Numbered from the whole stretch's first letter, positions 39,360 to 48,883 are shown. The stretch is DNA of 63,936 nucleotides, filler included, from an uncultured bacterium (GCA_964637655.1; 6 parts of 6 records of this genome joined end to end with filler, not necessarily neighbours in it); one strand, 5' to 3'. A program made the numbers and translations. The notes: generated by a model not told the origin, from the letters alone.

Positions 39360-40942
39360 ACTGGAGCGTTGCCGACGGCACTGTGCCGGTCCCCGTCTAC
39401 CGCGACGGCACCGCGTATCATTCGCGCTACAATCCGCAGCGCGAGGCGGAGCGCTGGGTGCAGCAGGAACAGGCGAAGCGCCTGCACCCCGCCGCGGTAG
39501 CCATCGTCATCGGCACCGGCTTTGGCTATCACCTGGCGGAACTGCGCGCCGCCTGTCCGGACCTGCCGCTCTTCGCGCTCGAACCTGACGCGGAACTCGC
39601 CGCGCTGGCGCGGACACAGCGCGGGTCGGAACTGCTGCCGCCGGGCACGCGTTTGTTTGCCGGCGACGACTGTCGCGGCACCGGACTGGCCAATACCATC
39701 GTGCAGGCGGCCGGCGGCCTGCAGGGGGTCTGGACGCTGGTGCATCCTGTGGCGCTGCGCTATTATCCCGACGCGGTGAAGGAAATCCTCGCGCAGTTGC
39801 AGCTGGGGATGGCGTTCGACCTGACCTCGCTCTGCACCGAGCAGCATTTCGCCCTGCTCTGGCTGCGCAATGCGCTCGCCAACCTGCCGCATACGCTGCG
39901 TGCCTGTGCGGCGAACACGCTGCGCGTGCTGCCGGCGCGCGTCCCCGCGGTCATCATCGGGGCCAGTCCGCATCTCGACGCGCATCTCGACACGCTGCGC
40001 GACCTCGCCGGGCGGGTGCTGCTCGTCGCCTGCGACACCGCGCTCACCCCGCTGACGGAAGCCGGCATCAAGCCGCATCTGGTAGTCTGTGCCGACCCGC
40101 AGCAGGCAAATACCGAACATTTCACGGGGCAGGACCGCAGCATTCCGCTGGTCTTCGACACGGCTGTCTACCCGGATATCTGGGAGCGGCACGACGCTGA
40201 ACTGCTCTTTGCCGGCGATGTCGGCACCCCGCTGGCCCGGTTCCTCGCCGCGCGCGGCGGCGCCATTTCCGACTGGCTCGCCGGCGGGTCGGTGGCGTCC
40301 ATCGCGCTGCAGGCGGCCTGGCAGGCGGGCGCAGGGGAATGCCGTTTCGTCGGCATCGACTATGCCTACCCCGCGGGGCGGGTCTACGCGCGTGGTACGC
40401 GGTCGCACCGGCTGCTGCTGGAAAAGGCGGAGCGTTTTGTCCCGCCCGATACCGGCGAGCGTCTCTCGCTGCTGGCGCGTCACGCGGACGGCACGCCGCT
40501 CTCCGACCCGATGCTCCGGCAGTACGCCGACTGGATGAACGATTACGCCGCGCGCTGCGGCTGCCCCTGCTATCGCAGCGACGAGGAATCGCTGCTGACA
40601 CTGCCGCGGCGCGACCTGCGCGAACTCTGCGCCCGCCCGCCTGCCGACATTGTCCTGCAGGGAAAACCGCTCCCCTGGTCGCCGGCGCTGGTGCGCGCGG
40701 CGCTGGAGGAGCTGCAGGCGGAGCTGCAGGCCTGGGAACAGGGAAACGTGACGGTCTGGCGTGCGCGGGGCACGACGGCAGCGGGCGCGTTTGTCATCGC
40801 GCTGCTGCCGGTGGCATGGCGCGCTGTCTGCGGAGAGGCCCCCGAGGCCGCGGCTGCCATGCACCGCGAAATGGCGGCGGTTTTCCCGGAAGCGCGGCGG
40901 CTGCTGGCGGCGGCGGTTGACATTGTCCCGGACGTCAAGTAG
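39356..40942 (+). CDS. Second Maf/DUF115 family protein
   Basis: YHSRYNPQREA, GTGFGYH, GASPHL, ACDTAL, GGSVA, FVGIDYAY; GTGA overlap. Confidence 0.8.
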   Translation: MNWSVADGTVPVPVYRDGTAYHSRYNPQREAERWVQQEQAKRLHPAAVAIVIGTGFGYHLAELRAACPDLPLFALEPDAELAALARTQRGSELLPPGTRLFAGDDCRGTGLANTIVQAAGGLQGVWTLVHPVALRYYPDAVKEILAQLQLGMAFDLTSLCTEQHFALLWLRNALANLPHTLRACAANTLRVLPARVPAVIIGASPHLDAHLDTLRDLAGRVLLVACDTALTPLTEAGIKPHLVVCADPQQANTEHFTGQDRSIPLVFDTAVYPDIWERHDAELLFAGDVGTPLARFLAARGGAISDWLAGGSVASIALQAAWQAGAGECRFVGIDYAYPAGRVYARGTRSHRLLLEKAERFVPPDTGERLSLLARHADGTPLSDPMLRQYADWMNDYAARCGCPCYRSDEESLLTLPRRDLRELCARPPADIVLQGKPLPWSPALVRAALEELQAELQAWEQGNVTVWRARGTTAAGAFVIALLPVAWRAVCGEAPEAAAAMHREMAAVFPEARRLLAAAVDIVPDVK

Positions 40943-40976
40943 AAATATCTCAACTACTCTCACGCGGAGGCGGACG

Positions 40977-42185
40977 ATGCAGCAGTTGACCGGCAGGGCA
41001 GTGGTGGCACAGGGGGGCGGTCCGACCGCCGTCATCAATCAGAGCATGGTGGGGGTCGCGCTGACCGCGCGCCGCTACCCGCAGATTACGCAGGTCTACG
41101 GCGCGTTGCACGGGGTCAACGGGGTCATCAACGAGAACTTCGTCGACCTGTCGATGGCGCCCGCAGCCAACCTCGAAGCAGTGGCCGGCACCGTCTCCGC
41201 CGGGCTGTTCTCGACCCGCGACAAGCCGGATGTCGAGTACTGCAAGAAGATGTTCACCGTACTGCAGGCGCACGGGGTGCGCTACTTTTTCTACTGCGGC
41301 GGCAACGATTCCGCCGATACCTGCCGCATCGTCAGCGAGGAGTCGCAGCAGCAGGGCTACGACCTCAACGTCATCCATGTCCCCAAGACCATCGATAACG
41401 ACCTGCGCGTGACCGACCATTGCCCGGGCTTCGGTTCCGCGGCGAAATTCGTCGCCTCGGCCTTCGCCGGCGCCTCGCTCGACAATGCCGCCATCCCGGG
41501 CGTCTACATCGGTATCGTCATGGGCCGGCACGCGGGTTTCCTTACCGCCGCCGCCGCGCTCGCGCGCCGCTACGAGGGGGATGGGCCGCACCTCATCTAC
41601 CTGCCCGAGCGTCCGTTCAGCAGCGACAAATTCTGTGCTGACGTCGACGCCATGATGAAAAAACACGGGCGCTGCGTGATTGCCGTCTCCGAAGGAATCA
41701 GCGACGACAAGGGCGAGGCCATTGCCGCCAAACTGCTGGGCGGGGAGAAGGACGCGCACGGCAACGTGCAGCTGTCGGGAAGCGGGGCGCTGGGCGACCT
41801 GCTGGCGAAGGAACTCAAGGAGAAGCTGAAGATCAAGCGCGTGCGTGCCGACACCTACGGCTACCTGCAGCGCTGTTTCCCCGGGGTGGTCAGCGAGGTG
41901 GATGCCCGCGAAGCACGCGCGGTCGGCGAAATGGCGGTGATGTTTGCCGCCGCCGGGCAGTCCGGGTCGGTCGCCATCCGCCGCATCGGCGATTACGCGG
42001 TTGACTATATGCTCACCCCGCTGCATACGGTGGCGCGGGAAACCAAGCATGTCCCGGACGAGTTCATCTGTACCGCGGGCAACGACGTCACGCCGGCGTT
42101 CATCGCCTATGCCCGCCCGCTTATCGGCGTCATGCCGCTGTGCGAGCGCATTGCCGCGCCGGCGGTGCCGAAACTGAAAAAGTAG
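40977..42185 (+). CDS. Phosphofructokinase, probably PPi-dependent
   Basis: QGGGPTAVIN, GGNDS, PKTIDND, MGRHAG; GGAGG RBS. Confidence 0.9.
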   Translation: MQQLTGRAVVAQGGGPTAVINQSMVGVALTARRYPQITQVYGALHGVNGVINENFVDLSMAPAANLEAVAGTVSAGLFSTRDKPDVEYCKKMFTVLQAHGVRYFFYCGGNDSADTCRIVSEESQQQGYDLNVIHVPKTIDNDLRVTDHCPGFGSAAKFVASAFAGASLDNAAIPGVYIGIVMGRHAGFLTAAAALARRYEGDGPHLIYLPERPFSSDKFCADVDAMMKKHGRCVIAVSEGISDDKGEAIAAKLLGGEKDAHGNVQLSGSGALGDLLAKELKEKLKIKRVRADTYGYLQRCFPGVVSEVDAREARAVGEMAVMFAAAGQSGSVAIRRIGDYAVDYMLTPLHTVARETKHVPDEFICTAGNDVTPAFIAYARPLIGVMPLCERIAAPAVPKLKK

Positions 42186-42268
42186 CACGACCGGGGGCGG
42201 CGCCATCACGAGTGCAGCCCCCGATTTGACAGCATGCGGCTGTCCATGATATAGAGCAGCGTCAACAT

Positions 42269-42344
42269 GCCCGCGTAGCTCAGTCGGCAGAGCATTGCCA
42301 TGGTAAGGCAAAGGTCGTCGGTTCGATTCCGACCGCGGGCTCCA
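42269..42344 (+). tRNA. tRNA-Thr(GGT)
   Basis: Acceptor GCCCGCG/CGCGGGC, anticodon stem TTGCC/GGCAA with loop ATGGTAA, TTCGATT T-loop, encoded CCA. Confidence 0.97.
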
Positions 42345-42376
42345 TTTCATTCGCGCTCCGGGCGCGGAGGTTTTCC

Positions 42377-44095
42377 ATGAACAGGAATGTCATCATCGGC
42401 ATCGTGCTCGCCATCGTCGCGCTGGGCGGCGGCGGCTACCTCTACTGGGACGACATCGTCAACGTTATCCCCGAGGACTATCGTTCGTATATCCCGGGCT
42501 ACGTCGCCCCCGCCCCGCCGGTGGTGCAGGCAACCGATACGGCTGCGGCAGCCGGGCCCACAGTCGAGGAATATCGCGAGAAGGTCGCAGCCATCTTCGA
42601 TGCGGTGGCACAACACGAGGGACTTTGGCTGTACGGGGACACCGCCTGGGGTTACAGCACGACGTTGAAAACGCTTGCGATTACTTACCCGGAGAATTCT
42701 GGACAGAAAAACATCAACGTGTCGGGGAAGATGATCTGGACGCGTATTGATGACTGGAGCATGTGGAACTGGCGGGTCGATCTCGAGGGGAATCCGTATG
42801 GCGAAGTGAATGCTACCAATAGTGAGGGCACGCAGTTGCGCGATGTCGGCGGCAGCAAAAACTACGAGGGGAGTCCGGTCTGTGAACGGCTCTGGTACGA
42901 ACTCAGCAATCCGCTCTGGTTATTGCCTGTCACGAACTTTGATCTGCCGCTGTCGTTGGTTGAAGAGGGAGAAGAAGGTACCGTGCGCCTTGTTTTTGCC
43001 AATGATGAGGCTCCGGGACAGGGTTTCTACGCTGTGCGCAGCATGACCATGGAAGTCCGAAGTGAAGAAGATAACTATGAACTGGTTAGCTATACATTGA
43101 AACTGTTCGTTGACGGCAAGATTCGGACGCACAGCATTCGTTGGGAAAAGGCTGGCGATAATTATATTCTGACTACCGACCAAGGCAGGATGGAAGTCGA
43201 GTCGCGCACGTCTGAAGGAATGGTGCTTGCTTGCGCCGGAACCAACCCGACACGATACACGTTTGCCTATGGCGAACACGGGTTTGCCGGTGTGTCGATT
43301 GCACTAACCCGCGAAGATGTCACGTATGAGGCGGAATTGAGTGACGTGGAACCATTGATTGATCCGCCCGGCGAAAAGTTCCTGCTCGGCGCCGAATACA
43401 AAGAACCGGACGAAGCTAGTGTCTGGGCGCAGGAAAAAATGGGCTGGCGGAATCCGGGCGACGTTGCGGCTCCGACTGAAGATTCCGAGGATGAAAACGA
43501 CACAGGCACCGCCTCACCTACGGAAGTAAGTAGTTCAGAAACTGAGGACGGGACAGACGCAGGGAGAACGGCACAAGCAGTTAACGCTCAAGAAGAAGGT
43601 GATGAGGAAGAACAGCCGGCGGAAACCGCGCAGGCTGCGCGCCCGGCACCGGCTCCCGCCTCGGCGGAAGCAGAGGAAGAAGAGGAAGAGGAGGAAGCGC
43701 CTGCACCGGCCCCTGCTCCCCGTCCGGCTCCGCAGCCCGCGCCGCGCCCGCAACCCGCAGCGCAACCCGCGCGTCAGGCGACGACTGCCACCGCGGCCGC
43801 TCCGGCCACCGGCGGCACAGCTGTCGCCCGCCCCGCCGCGCCCGCACCATACACACAGGCGGTCACGGCATACCGTGGCGGCAACCTGCGCCTCGCTGAA
43901 CAGAAACTGCAGCAGACCCTGCGCCAGTCGCCGAACCATGCGGGTGCGAATTACCTGCTCGGCTACATCTACTACACGCGTGGCAATTACAGCGCCGCGC
44001 ACACGTACCTGTCGCGCACCTGGCGCCAGACGCGCGACCGCCAGTTGGCCGCGCAGGCCCAGCAGCTGCTGCACCGCATGGGCTATCCGTACTGA
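42377..44095 (+). CDS. Membrane-anchored protein with acidic/Pro-rich linker and C-terminal TPR
   Basis: N-terminal TM, poly-Glu and PAP repeats, ANYLLGYIYYTRGNYSAA TPR. Confidence 0.8.
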   Translation: MNRNVIIGIVLAIVALGGGGYLYWDDIVNVIPEDYRSYIPGYVAPAPPVVQATDTAAAAGPTVEEYREKVAAIFDAVAQHEGLWLYGDTAWGYSTTLKTLAITYPENSGQKNINVSGKMIWTRIDDWSMWNWRVDLEGNPYGEVNATNSEGTQLRDVGGSKNYEGSPVCERLWYELSNPLWLLPVTNFDLPLSLVEEGEEGTVRLVFANDEAPGQGFYAVRSMTMEVRSEEDNYELVSYTLKLFVDGKIRTHSIRWEKAGDNYILTTDQGRMEVESRTSEGMVLACAGTNPTRYTFAYGEHGFAGVSIALTREDVTYEAELSDVEPLIDPPGEKFLLGAEYKEPDEASVWAQEKMGWRNPGDVAAPTEDSEDENDTGTASPTEVSSSETEDGTDAGRTAQAVNAQEEGDEEEQPAETAQAARPAPAPASAEAEEEEEEEEAPAPAPAPRPAPQPAPRPQPAAQPARQATTATAAAPATGGTAVARPAAPAPYTQAVTAYRGGNLRLAEQKLQQTLRQSPNHAGANYLLGYIYYTRGNYSAAHTYLSRTWRQTRDRQLAAQAQQLLHRMGYPY

Positions 44096-44126
44096 GCAGG
44101 TTTTACGCAACACCATTCATAACACG

Positions 44127-44166
44127 AAAAAGCCTAACCACATAGCATAACGGTGGTTAGGCCTTT
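44127..44166. terminator. Hairpin, possible bidirectional terminator
   Basis: GCCTAACCAC/GTGGTTAGGC stem flanked by A-run and CTTT. Confidence 0.55.
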
Positions 44167-44328
44167 CTGCCATCAGTGTCGCAGTACCTTGCTGACCGCT
44201 GGAAAACCTGTTTTTACAAGTTTTTCTTGACGAATCCTTGACGTAGAATTTGTGCGGTACCGCAGATGCTGCCATTGACGGGCACACAGTGGTCGTGCTA
44301 CGTTCGCAGCATTATCGAGGAGGCTGTT

Positions 44329-45132
44329 ATGGGACTGCTGCGCGTGGCAACAGAGAAATGCACGAAATGCGGGGCGTGCGCGGAGGTCTGCCCGGCCTTC
44401 GTCATCGGCATGGGTGAGGACGGACCACGGCAGCTGCATCCCGGCTGCTTTGCCTGCGGGCATTGCGTGGCGGTCTGCCCGACGGCGGCCCTCGACAACC
44501 GCCGCGCACCGCTGGCGGAGCAGGCGGCACTCGGCGCGTTCCCGGTCATCGACCCGGATACCGCGGAACGTTTTCTGCGCTCGCGGCGCGCCATCCGCAC
44601 CTACCTCGATAAGCCGGTGCCGCGCGAAATGATCGTCCGGCTGCTCAATGTGGCACGCCACGCGCCAACGGGCGCCAATACGCAGGGCGTCGGTTTTCTT
44701 GTGGTGCAGCAGCAGGAAATGCTGCGCGCGGTTATCGAGACGACCGTCGGGTTTCTCGAAGAGCAGGGAAAAACACCGGCGGGCAAGTTCTATGGTGACT
44801 ACGCGCGCCTGTACCGGTCAACCGGTAAGGACATCATCCTGCGCGGTGCGCCCTGCCTGGTCGTCACGCACGGCGCTGCAGGCAATCCGATGCTCGCGGA
44901 GAGTACGTACGATTTCATCGCCTATGCGGAACTTTTCGCCACAACACTTGGACTGGGGACCTGCTGGGCAGGTTTTGTCGGCATGGCGGCGGCGGCGAAC
45001 TGGCAGCCGCTGCTCGACGTGCTGGCGCTTCCGGCCGGACGCGCGGCCACGGGCGGTTTTATGCTCGGCTATCCGCGCTACCGCTACCACCGGCTCGTGG
45101 CCCGACAGCCGCTGCAGGCAGACTGGCGCTGA
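44329..45132 (+). CDS. Nitroreductase with N-terminal 4Fe-4S ferredoxin domain
   Basis: CTKCGACAEVCP, CFACGHCVAVCP, RRAIR, APTGAN.Q, GLGTCW. Confidence 0.92.
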   Translation: MGLLRVATEKCTKCGACAEVCPAFVIGMGEDGPRQLHPGCFACGHCVAVCPTAALDNRRAPLAEQAALGAFPVIDPDTAERFLRSRRAIRTYLDKPVPREMIVRLLNVARHAPTGANTQGVGFLVVQQQEMLRAVIETTVGFLEEQGKTPAGKFYGDYARLYRSTGKDIILRGAPCLVVTHGAAGNPMLAESTYDFIAYAELFATTLGLGTCWAGFVGMAAAANWQPLLDVLALPAGRAATGGFMLGYPRYRYHRLVARQPLQADWR

Positions 45133-45157
45133 ACTGCCGTAATGCCACTACGGGATC

Positions 45158-45357
45158 CAAGGGGGCCATACTAGCACATTGACACATTCAGATGCGGGGG
45201 CGGCATAGCGCATTGACGCATTGTATCGGGCCCGGCTTGCGCTGACCCTGCCTGCTGTTGCGTGCGTAGCGAATATCTATAAAACCCTGTTTGCCAATGG
45301 GATAACGGCGTGTTGTTGTTGGAAACGAATGTGTCAATGTGTCAGTATGGCCCCTTG
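45158..45357. mobile_element. MITE/REP-like element with about 31-bp terminal inverted repeats
   Basis: CAAGGGGGCCATACTAGCACATTGACACATTC (45158-45189) versus GAATGTGTCAATGTGTCAGTATGGCCCCTTG (45327-45357). Confidence 0.65.
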
Positions 45358-45358
45358 T

Positions 45359-46303
45359 TTATGAGGCTCCCATCTCGCGGAGGCGTTCCCACTCGGCGGT
45401 GAATTCCGGGGGAGGCGGCACGGTGAATGACACGCGCTCGCCCGTGGCGGGATGGGTGAATTCCAGTTTCTCGGCATGCAGCAGCAGGCGCGCGGCATCG
45501 TCGCCGCGGCTGCTGCGTTTGGTTGCCCTGCCGCCGTACCTCGGGTCGCCGGCGATGGGGTTCCCCAGATAATTCATGTGCACGCGCAGCTGGTGGGTGC
45601 GCCCCGTGCGCGGGTGCAGCGCCACCAGGGTGAAGGCCCCGGCGCGTTCGACCACTTCCAGGTCGGTAACCGCTTCGCGCGCCCCCTCGCGGCGCACGCT
45701 CATCTTTGTCGGGTCGGTGGTACTGCGCGCGATGGGCAGATCGAGCGTGAGGCGGTCGGCGCGCACGGCGCCGCGGCAGACGGCAAGGTAGCGCTTGCTC
45801 ACGGTACGCGCGGCAAACTGCGCGATCAGCGACTGGTAGGCCGCGGCGGTGCGGGCGATGACGAGCACGCCGCTGGTGTCGCGGTCGAGGCGGTGGACGA
45901 TGCCCGGGCGTCCGGGGCCGCCCACCCCCGCGAGTTCGGGGTACTGGAAAAGAAGCGCGGCGGCCAGCGTCCCGGTACGCCGCCCGTGCCCGGGATGCAC
46001 GACCAGTCCGTGCGGCTTGTTGACGACGATAATCTCGGCGTCGGCATGCACAAGGTCGAGGCCCAGCGGTTCCGGCTCGAGCCCGGCGGCTTTCGCTTGC
46101 GGATCCGGCCAGGCAACGGTGTCCCCCGCCTGCAGGCGGAAACTCGACTTGCGCGGCACGCCGTTGACGGTGACCACTCCCCCGCCGATGAGGTGCTGCG
46201 CCTCGCCGCGCGAAGTGCCCAGCTGCGCGGTGAGGAAACGGTCGAGCCGCTCGTCTGCGACTGTTGCGGTTCCCTGATGTGCAGGCGGAGAGGAACCGTT
46301 CAA
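45359..46303 (-). CDS. rluD: RluA-family pseudouridine synthase with S4 domain
   Basis: RLDRFL, NKPHGLVVHP, HRLDRDTSG, TGRTHQLRVH. Confidence 0.88.
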   Translation of the reverse strand: MNGSSPPAHQGTATVADERLDRFLTAQLGTSRGEAQHLIGGGVVTVNGVPRKSSFRLQAGDTVAWPDPQAKAAGLEPEPLGLDLVHADAEIIVVNKPHGLVVHPGHGRRTGTLAAALLFQYPELAGVGGPGRPGIVHRLDRDTSGVLVIARTAAAYQSLIAQFAARTVSKRYLAVCRGAVRADRLTLDLPIARSTTDPTKMSVRREGAREAVTDLEVVERAGAFTLVALHPRTGRTHQLRVHMNYLGNPIAGDPRYGGRATKRSSRGDDAARLLLHAEKLEFTHPATGERVSFTVPPPPEFTAEWERLREMGAS

Positions 46304-46473
46304 ACGGCAACCGCCATGACTTCTGCCGTGGCGGTTGCGACGGGAACAGGCTGGCCGTCTTCGATCATGCCCTTGATGTGCAAAGCGATTGCTTCGTGCA
46401 TGAGGCGCTCAGTTTCCTCACGCGTTGCCCCGGCAGCCACACAGCCGGGCAGATCCGGACAGTATGCGGAGAA
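46300..46473 (-). CDS. hicB: HicB-family antitoxin, 5'-truncated (not in ORF track)
   Basis: FSAYCPDLPGCVAAGATREETERLMHEAIALHIKGMIEDGQPVP...*. Confidence 0.85.
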   Translation of the reverse strand, partial: FSAYCPDLPGCVAAGATREETERLMHEAIALHIKGMIEDGQPVPVATATAEVMAVAV

Positions 46474-46474
46474 A

Positions 46475-46574
46475 NNNNNNNNNNNNNNNNNNNNNNNNNN
46501 NNNNNNNNNNNNNNNNNNTTAATTAATTAANNNNNNNNNNNNNNNNNNNNNNNNNNNNNNNNNNNNNNNNNNNN
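46475..46574. other. Artificial contig linker
   Basis: N-run, TTAATTAATTAA, N-run. Confidence 0.99.
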
Positions 46575-46706
46575 AGCATCCGGAGGGAAAGCGCGGCGCC
46601 AGTCGGCATGATCCTGCGTCAGGTAAGTCAGCAGTTCACGCAGCAGCGGATAATTCTCCCCCTTGGGCCCGAGGAACAGGGCATTGATGTCAAGCGGTTC
46701 TGTCAT
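46575..46706 (-). CDS. N-terminus of probable group II PLP-dependent (tyrosine-type) decarboxylase, truncated
   Basis: ALFLGPKGEN...DHADWRR resembles TyrDC-family N-termini; only 44 aa visible. Confidence 0.6.
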
Positions 46707-46721
46707 CGCACACACCTCCGT

Positions 46722-47690
46722 TCACAGCAACACCGTATCAGCACGGTCGAGCACCGCGGGCGGCAGCATCAGGCCGCACCCCGCAGCCGCCCTGCGGTTG
46801 ACGATCAGCAGCGAGCGGCTGTTACGCGCCACCGGCAGGTCACGCGGCTGCCCGCCGCGCAGGATGCGCGCCGCGAGCTCTGCCGCCATCCGTCCCGCAT
46901 CGACGCAGTCGCGCGAATAGGTCAGCACCGCTCCCTGCGCCGCCTGGTCGGAGGCGAAGGCAAAAAGCGGGAGGCGCGCCGCCCGCGCCGCCGCCGCTAC
47001 CGCCGGAAACGCCGTGGCGCTGGCATTGTCAGCAAGCTGGCAGATGAGGTCGGGGCGTTCCATCACCAGCGCGCGCGCCGCCTCAGGCACTTCGAGCGCG
47101 GTTGGCGCCGGCTGCGCCAGCAGTTCCATGCCCTGCACTGCCAGCGCCGCGGCGAACTGCTCACGGCAGAGCACGGAGTTATCCTCCGCCGGGGAAAAGA
47201 CCGTACCGACCCGCCGGGTTGACGGCATGATTTCGCGGATCAGCGCGGCCATGCCGGCACAGTCACCGATGAGCGCCACCCCGGTGAAGTTCGGCAAATG
47301 GTCGGTATCACTCCGCCCCATCCCCGCGCCGCACGGGTCGGCATTGATTGCCACCACCGGGATGTCGCGGATATGGCTGATCGCCGCCTGCATCGCCGGG
47401 GTCGACGAGGTAACGATGACGTCGGGGCGCGCGTCGCGCGCTCCCGCCAGCAGCGTGTTGAGCGCGCCGATATCCCCCTGCGCGCTTTTGCAGGTCAGTA
47501 CGTAGTCGGTGCCTGCGCGCAGCCCGGTGGCCGGCAGCCCGGCCACGAAACCGGCGCGGCATTCCTCGGCGATGGGCACATCAAAGAACTGCACCCAGAG
47601 AATCTGCTTCGCCGCGGACGCGGCCGGCTGTTCCCCGCACCCGGCACAGAGCAACAGGCCGCACAGCAGTGCGGCCCGGAAGGTGGTCAC
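46722..47690 (-). CDS. ABC transporter substrate-binding lipoprotein
   Basis: Lipobox CAGC, SAQGD, STPAMQA, NFTGV, VFSPAEDNS. Confidence 0.85.
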   Translation of the reverse strand: MTTFRAALLCGLLLCAGCGEQPAASAAKQILWVQFFDVPIAEECRAGFVAGLPATGLRAGTDYVLTCKSAQGDIGALNTLLAGARDARPDVIVTSSTPAMQAAISHIRDIPVVAINADPCGAGMGRSDTDHLPNFTGVALIGDCAGMAALIREIMPSTRRVGTVFSPAEDNSVLCREQFAAALAVQGMELLAQPAPTALEVPEAARALVMERPDLICQLADNASATAFPAVAAAARAARLPLFAFASDQAAQGAVLTYSRDCVDAGRMAAELAARILRGGQPRDLPVARNSRSLLIVNRRAAAGCGLMLPPAVLDRADTVLL

Positions 47691-48883
47691 TGCCGCACGC
47701 GCATCCCCTGCAGCAGCTGCGGCAGGTACCAGACCTGTGCTTCGATTGCTTCCTCGCCGTCAGCGAGGAACGGGGTGCCGTCACGGAAATTGAGCGGGCC
47801 GCGGAACGGCACGATACGGCGGGCGTCAAGTTCGGCAGCGTAGCGGTCGAGCGCCGCCGTCATGGCCGGTGTCAGCGCCGCCCCGCGCACAAAGCCGATG
47901 CTGGGGTCGTTGCGCGACGGCCAGTGCGCGCCGGGCAGCATGAACTGCTGCCGCCAGTATCCCCCCTCCGCCATCTGTGCCAGTTCCAGGTAGGCCGGCC
48001 CCCAGTTGAAATAGGGGATGCCGAGTGACACCTCCGCCGCCGCACGGTCAGCACGATGGTAATCATAGGGCACGGCCAGTACCGGGTTCCCCGCGGCATG
48101 CAGTTTGCCCGCCTCGACCAGCACCTCGCTGGTGTTGATCCCCGAGATAACCACATCGCAACCATCCGCGGCAAAATCGCGCGTCAGAACTGCCGGGTCG
48201 AGTGTCTGCCCCGGGATGTGGAACCAGTAGCCGATCCACGCGACCGTAAACTCCAGGTCCGCCGCGTCGCGCTGCCGTTCGTACACCCAGGCATGGCGCG
48301 CCCCGAGGTAGGTGGCGGCAGCGAGGCGGCGCGCCTCGGCGTTGTCCATCGGCCCGACGTAACCGAGTTTACCCGTCTGTGTCGCCATACCCGCGGCAAA
48401 ACCAGCGAGGTTCTTGCCGTATTCCATGCGCCCCATGACATTGCTGACATTTGCCGGCGCCCGGAAATTTCTGCCGTCAGCCCACGCCTCATCACTGCCG
48501 ACAGAGACAAAGTAGAGGTCGGGACGCGCCTGCGCCGCGGCGAGTACCCCGTCGGCGAAATCCGCCGACGCGGCGATGATCAGTTTCGCCCCCTGCGCCG
48601 CGAGCGAGTCGGCCGCCATGGCCACGGTCATCCCCGGCCGGGCGGCGCGATTGAGATTGTCGAGCACCAGCAGACGCATGTCCGGTCGGTTCCGCTCGAC
48701 ATAGCGCCCGCCGGCACAATGCGCCGCCCCCCAGCCGTCATCGTCCGCCGCGCCCGGCAGAATGATGCCGAAGGTAAACGTGTCCGTCTGCACCGGCGCT
48801 GCCGGCGGTACCGGCTCACGCCCGCACGCGCAGAGCAGCATAACCAGCAGCACCGGCAGCGACCATCGCCACATCATGTTCAT
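47687..48883 (-). CDS. BMP-family substrate-binding lipoprotein
   Basis: Lipobox LCAC, DDGWGAAH, WIGYWF, PYFNWGP, WYLPQLLQG. Confidence 0.85.
   Translation of the reverse strand: MNMMWRWSLPVLLVMLLCACGREPVPPAAPVQTDTFTFGIILPGAADDDGWGAAHCAGGRYVERNRPDMRLLVLDNLNRAARPGMTVAMAADSLAAQGAKLIIAASADFADGVLAAAQARPDLYFVSVGSDEAWADGRNFRAPANVSNVMGRMEYGKNLAGFAAGMATQTGKLGYVGPMDNAEARRLAAATYLGARHAWVYERQRDAADLEFTVAWIGYWFHIPGQTLDPAVLTRDFAADGCDVVISGINTSEVLVEAGKLHAAGNPVLAVPYDYHRADRAAAEVSLGIPYFNWGPAYLELAQMAEGGYWRQQFMLPGAHWPSRNDPSIGFVRGAALTPAMTAALDRYAAELDARRIVPFRGPLNFRDGTPFLADGEEAIEAQVWYLPQLLQGMRVRQ

Noticed and set aside
13084-41038. Long antisense ORFs such as 13084-15102, 23346-25322, 27738-29717 and 39281-41038
   Set aside because: Arg/Ala/Pro-rich shadow frames of well-supported genes, typical of high-GC DNA
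42269-42400. Integrative element at tRNA-Thr
   Set aside because: No integrase and no duplicated tRNA 3' end seen in the contig
43600-43850. Short tandem repeats or CRISPR-like pattern
   Set aside because: Coding low-complexity Glu and Pro/Ala linker; no repeat-spacer array or cas genes seen anywhere in the window
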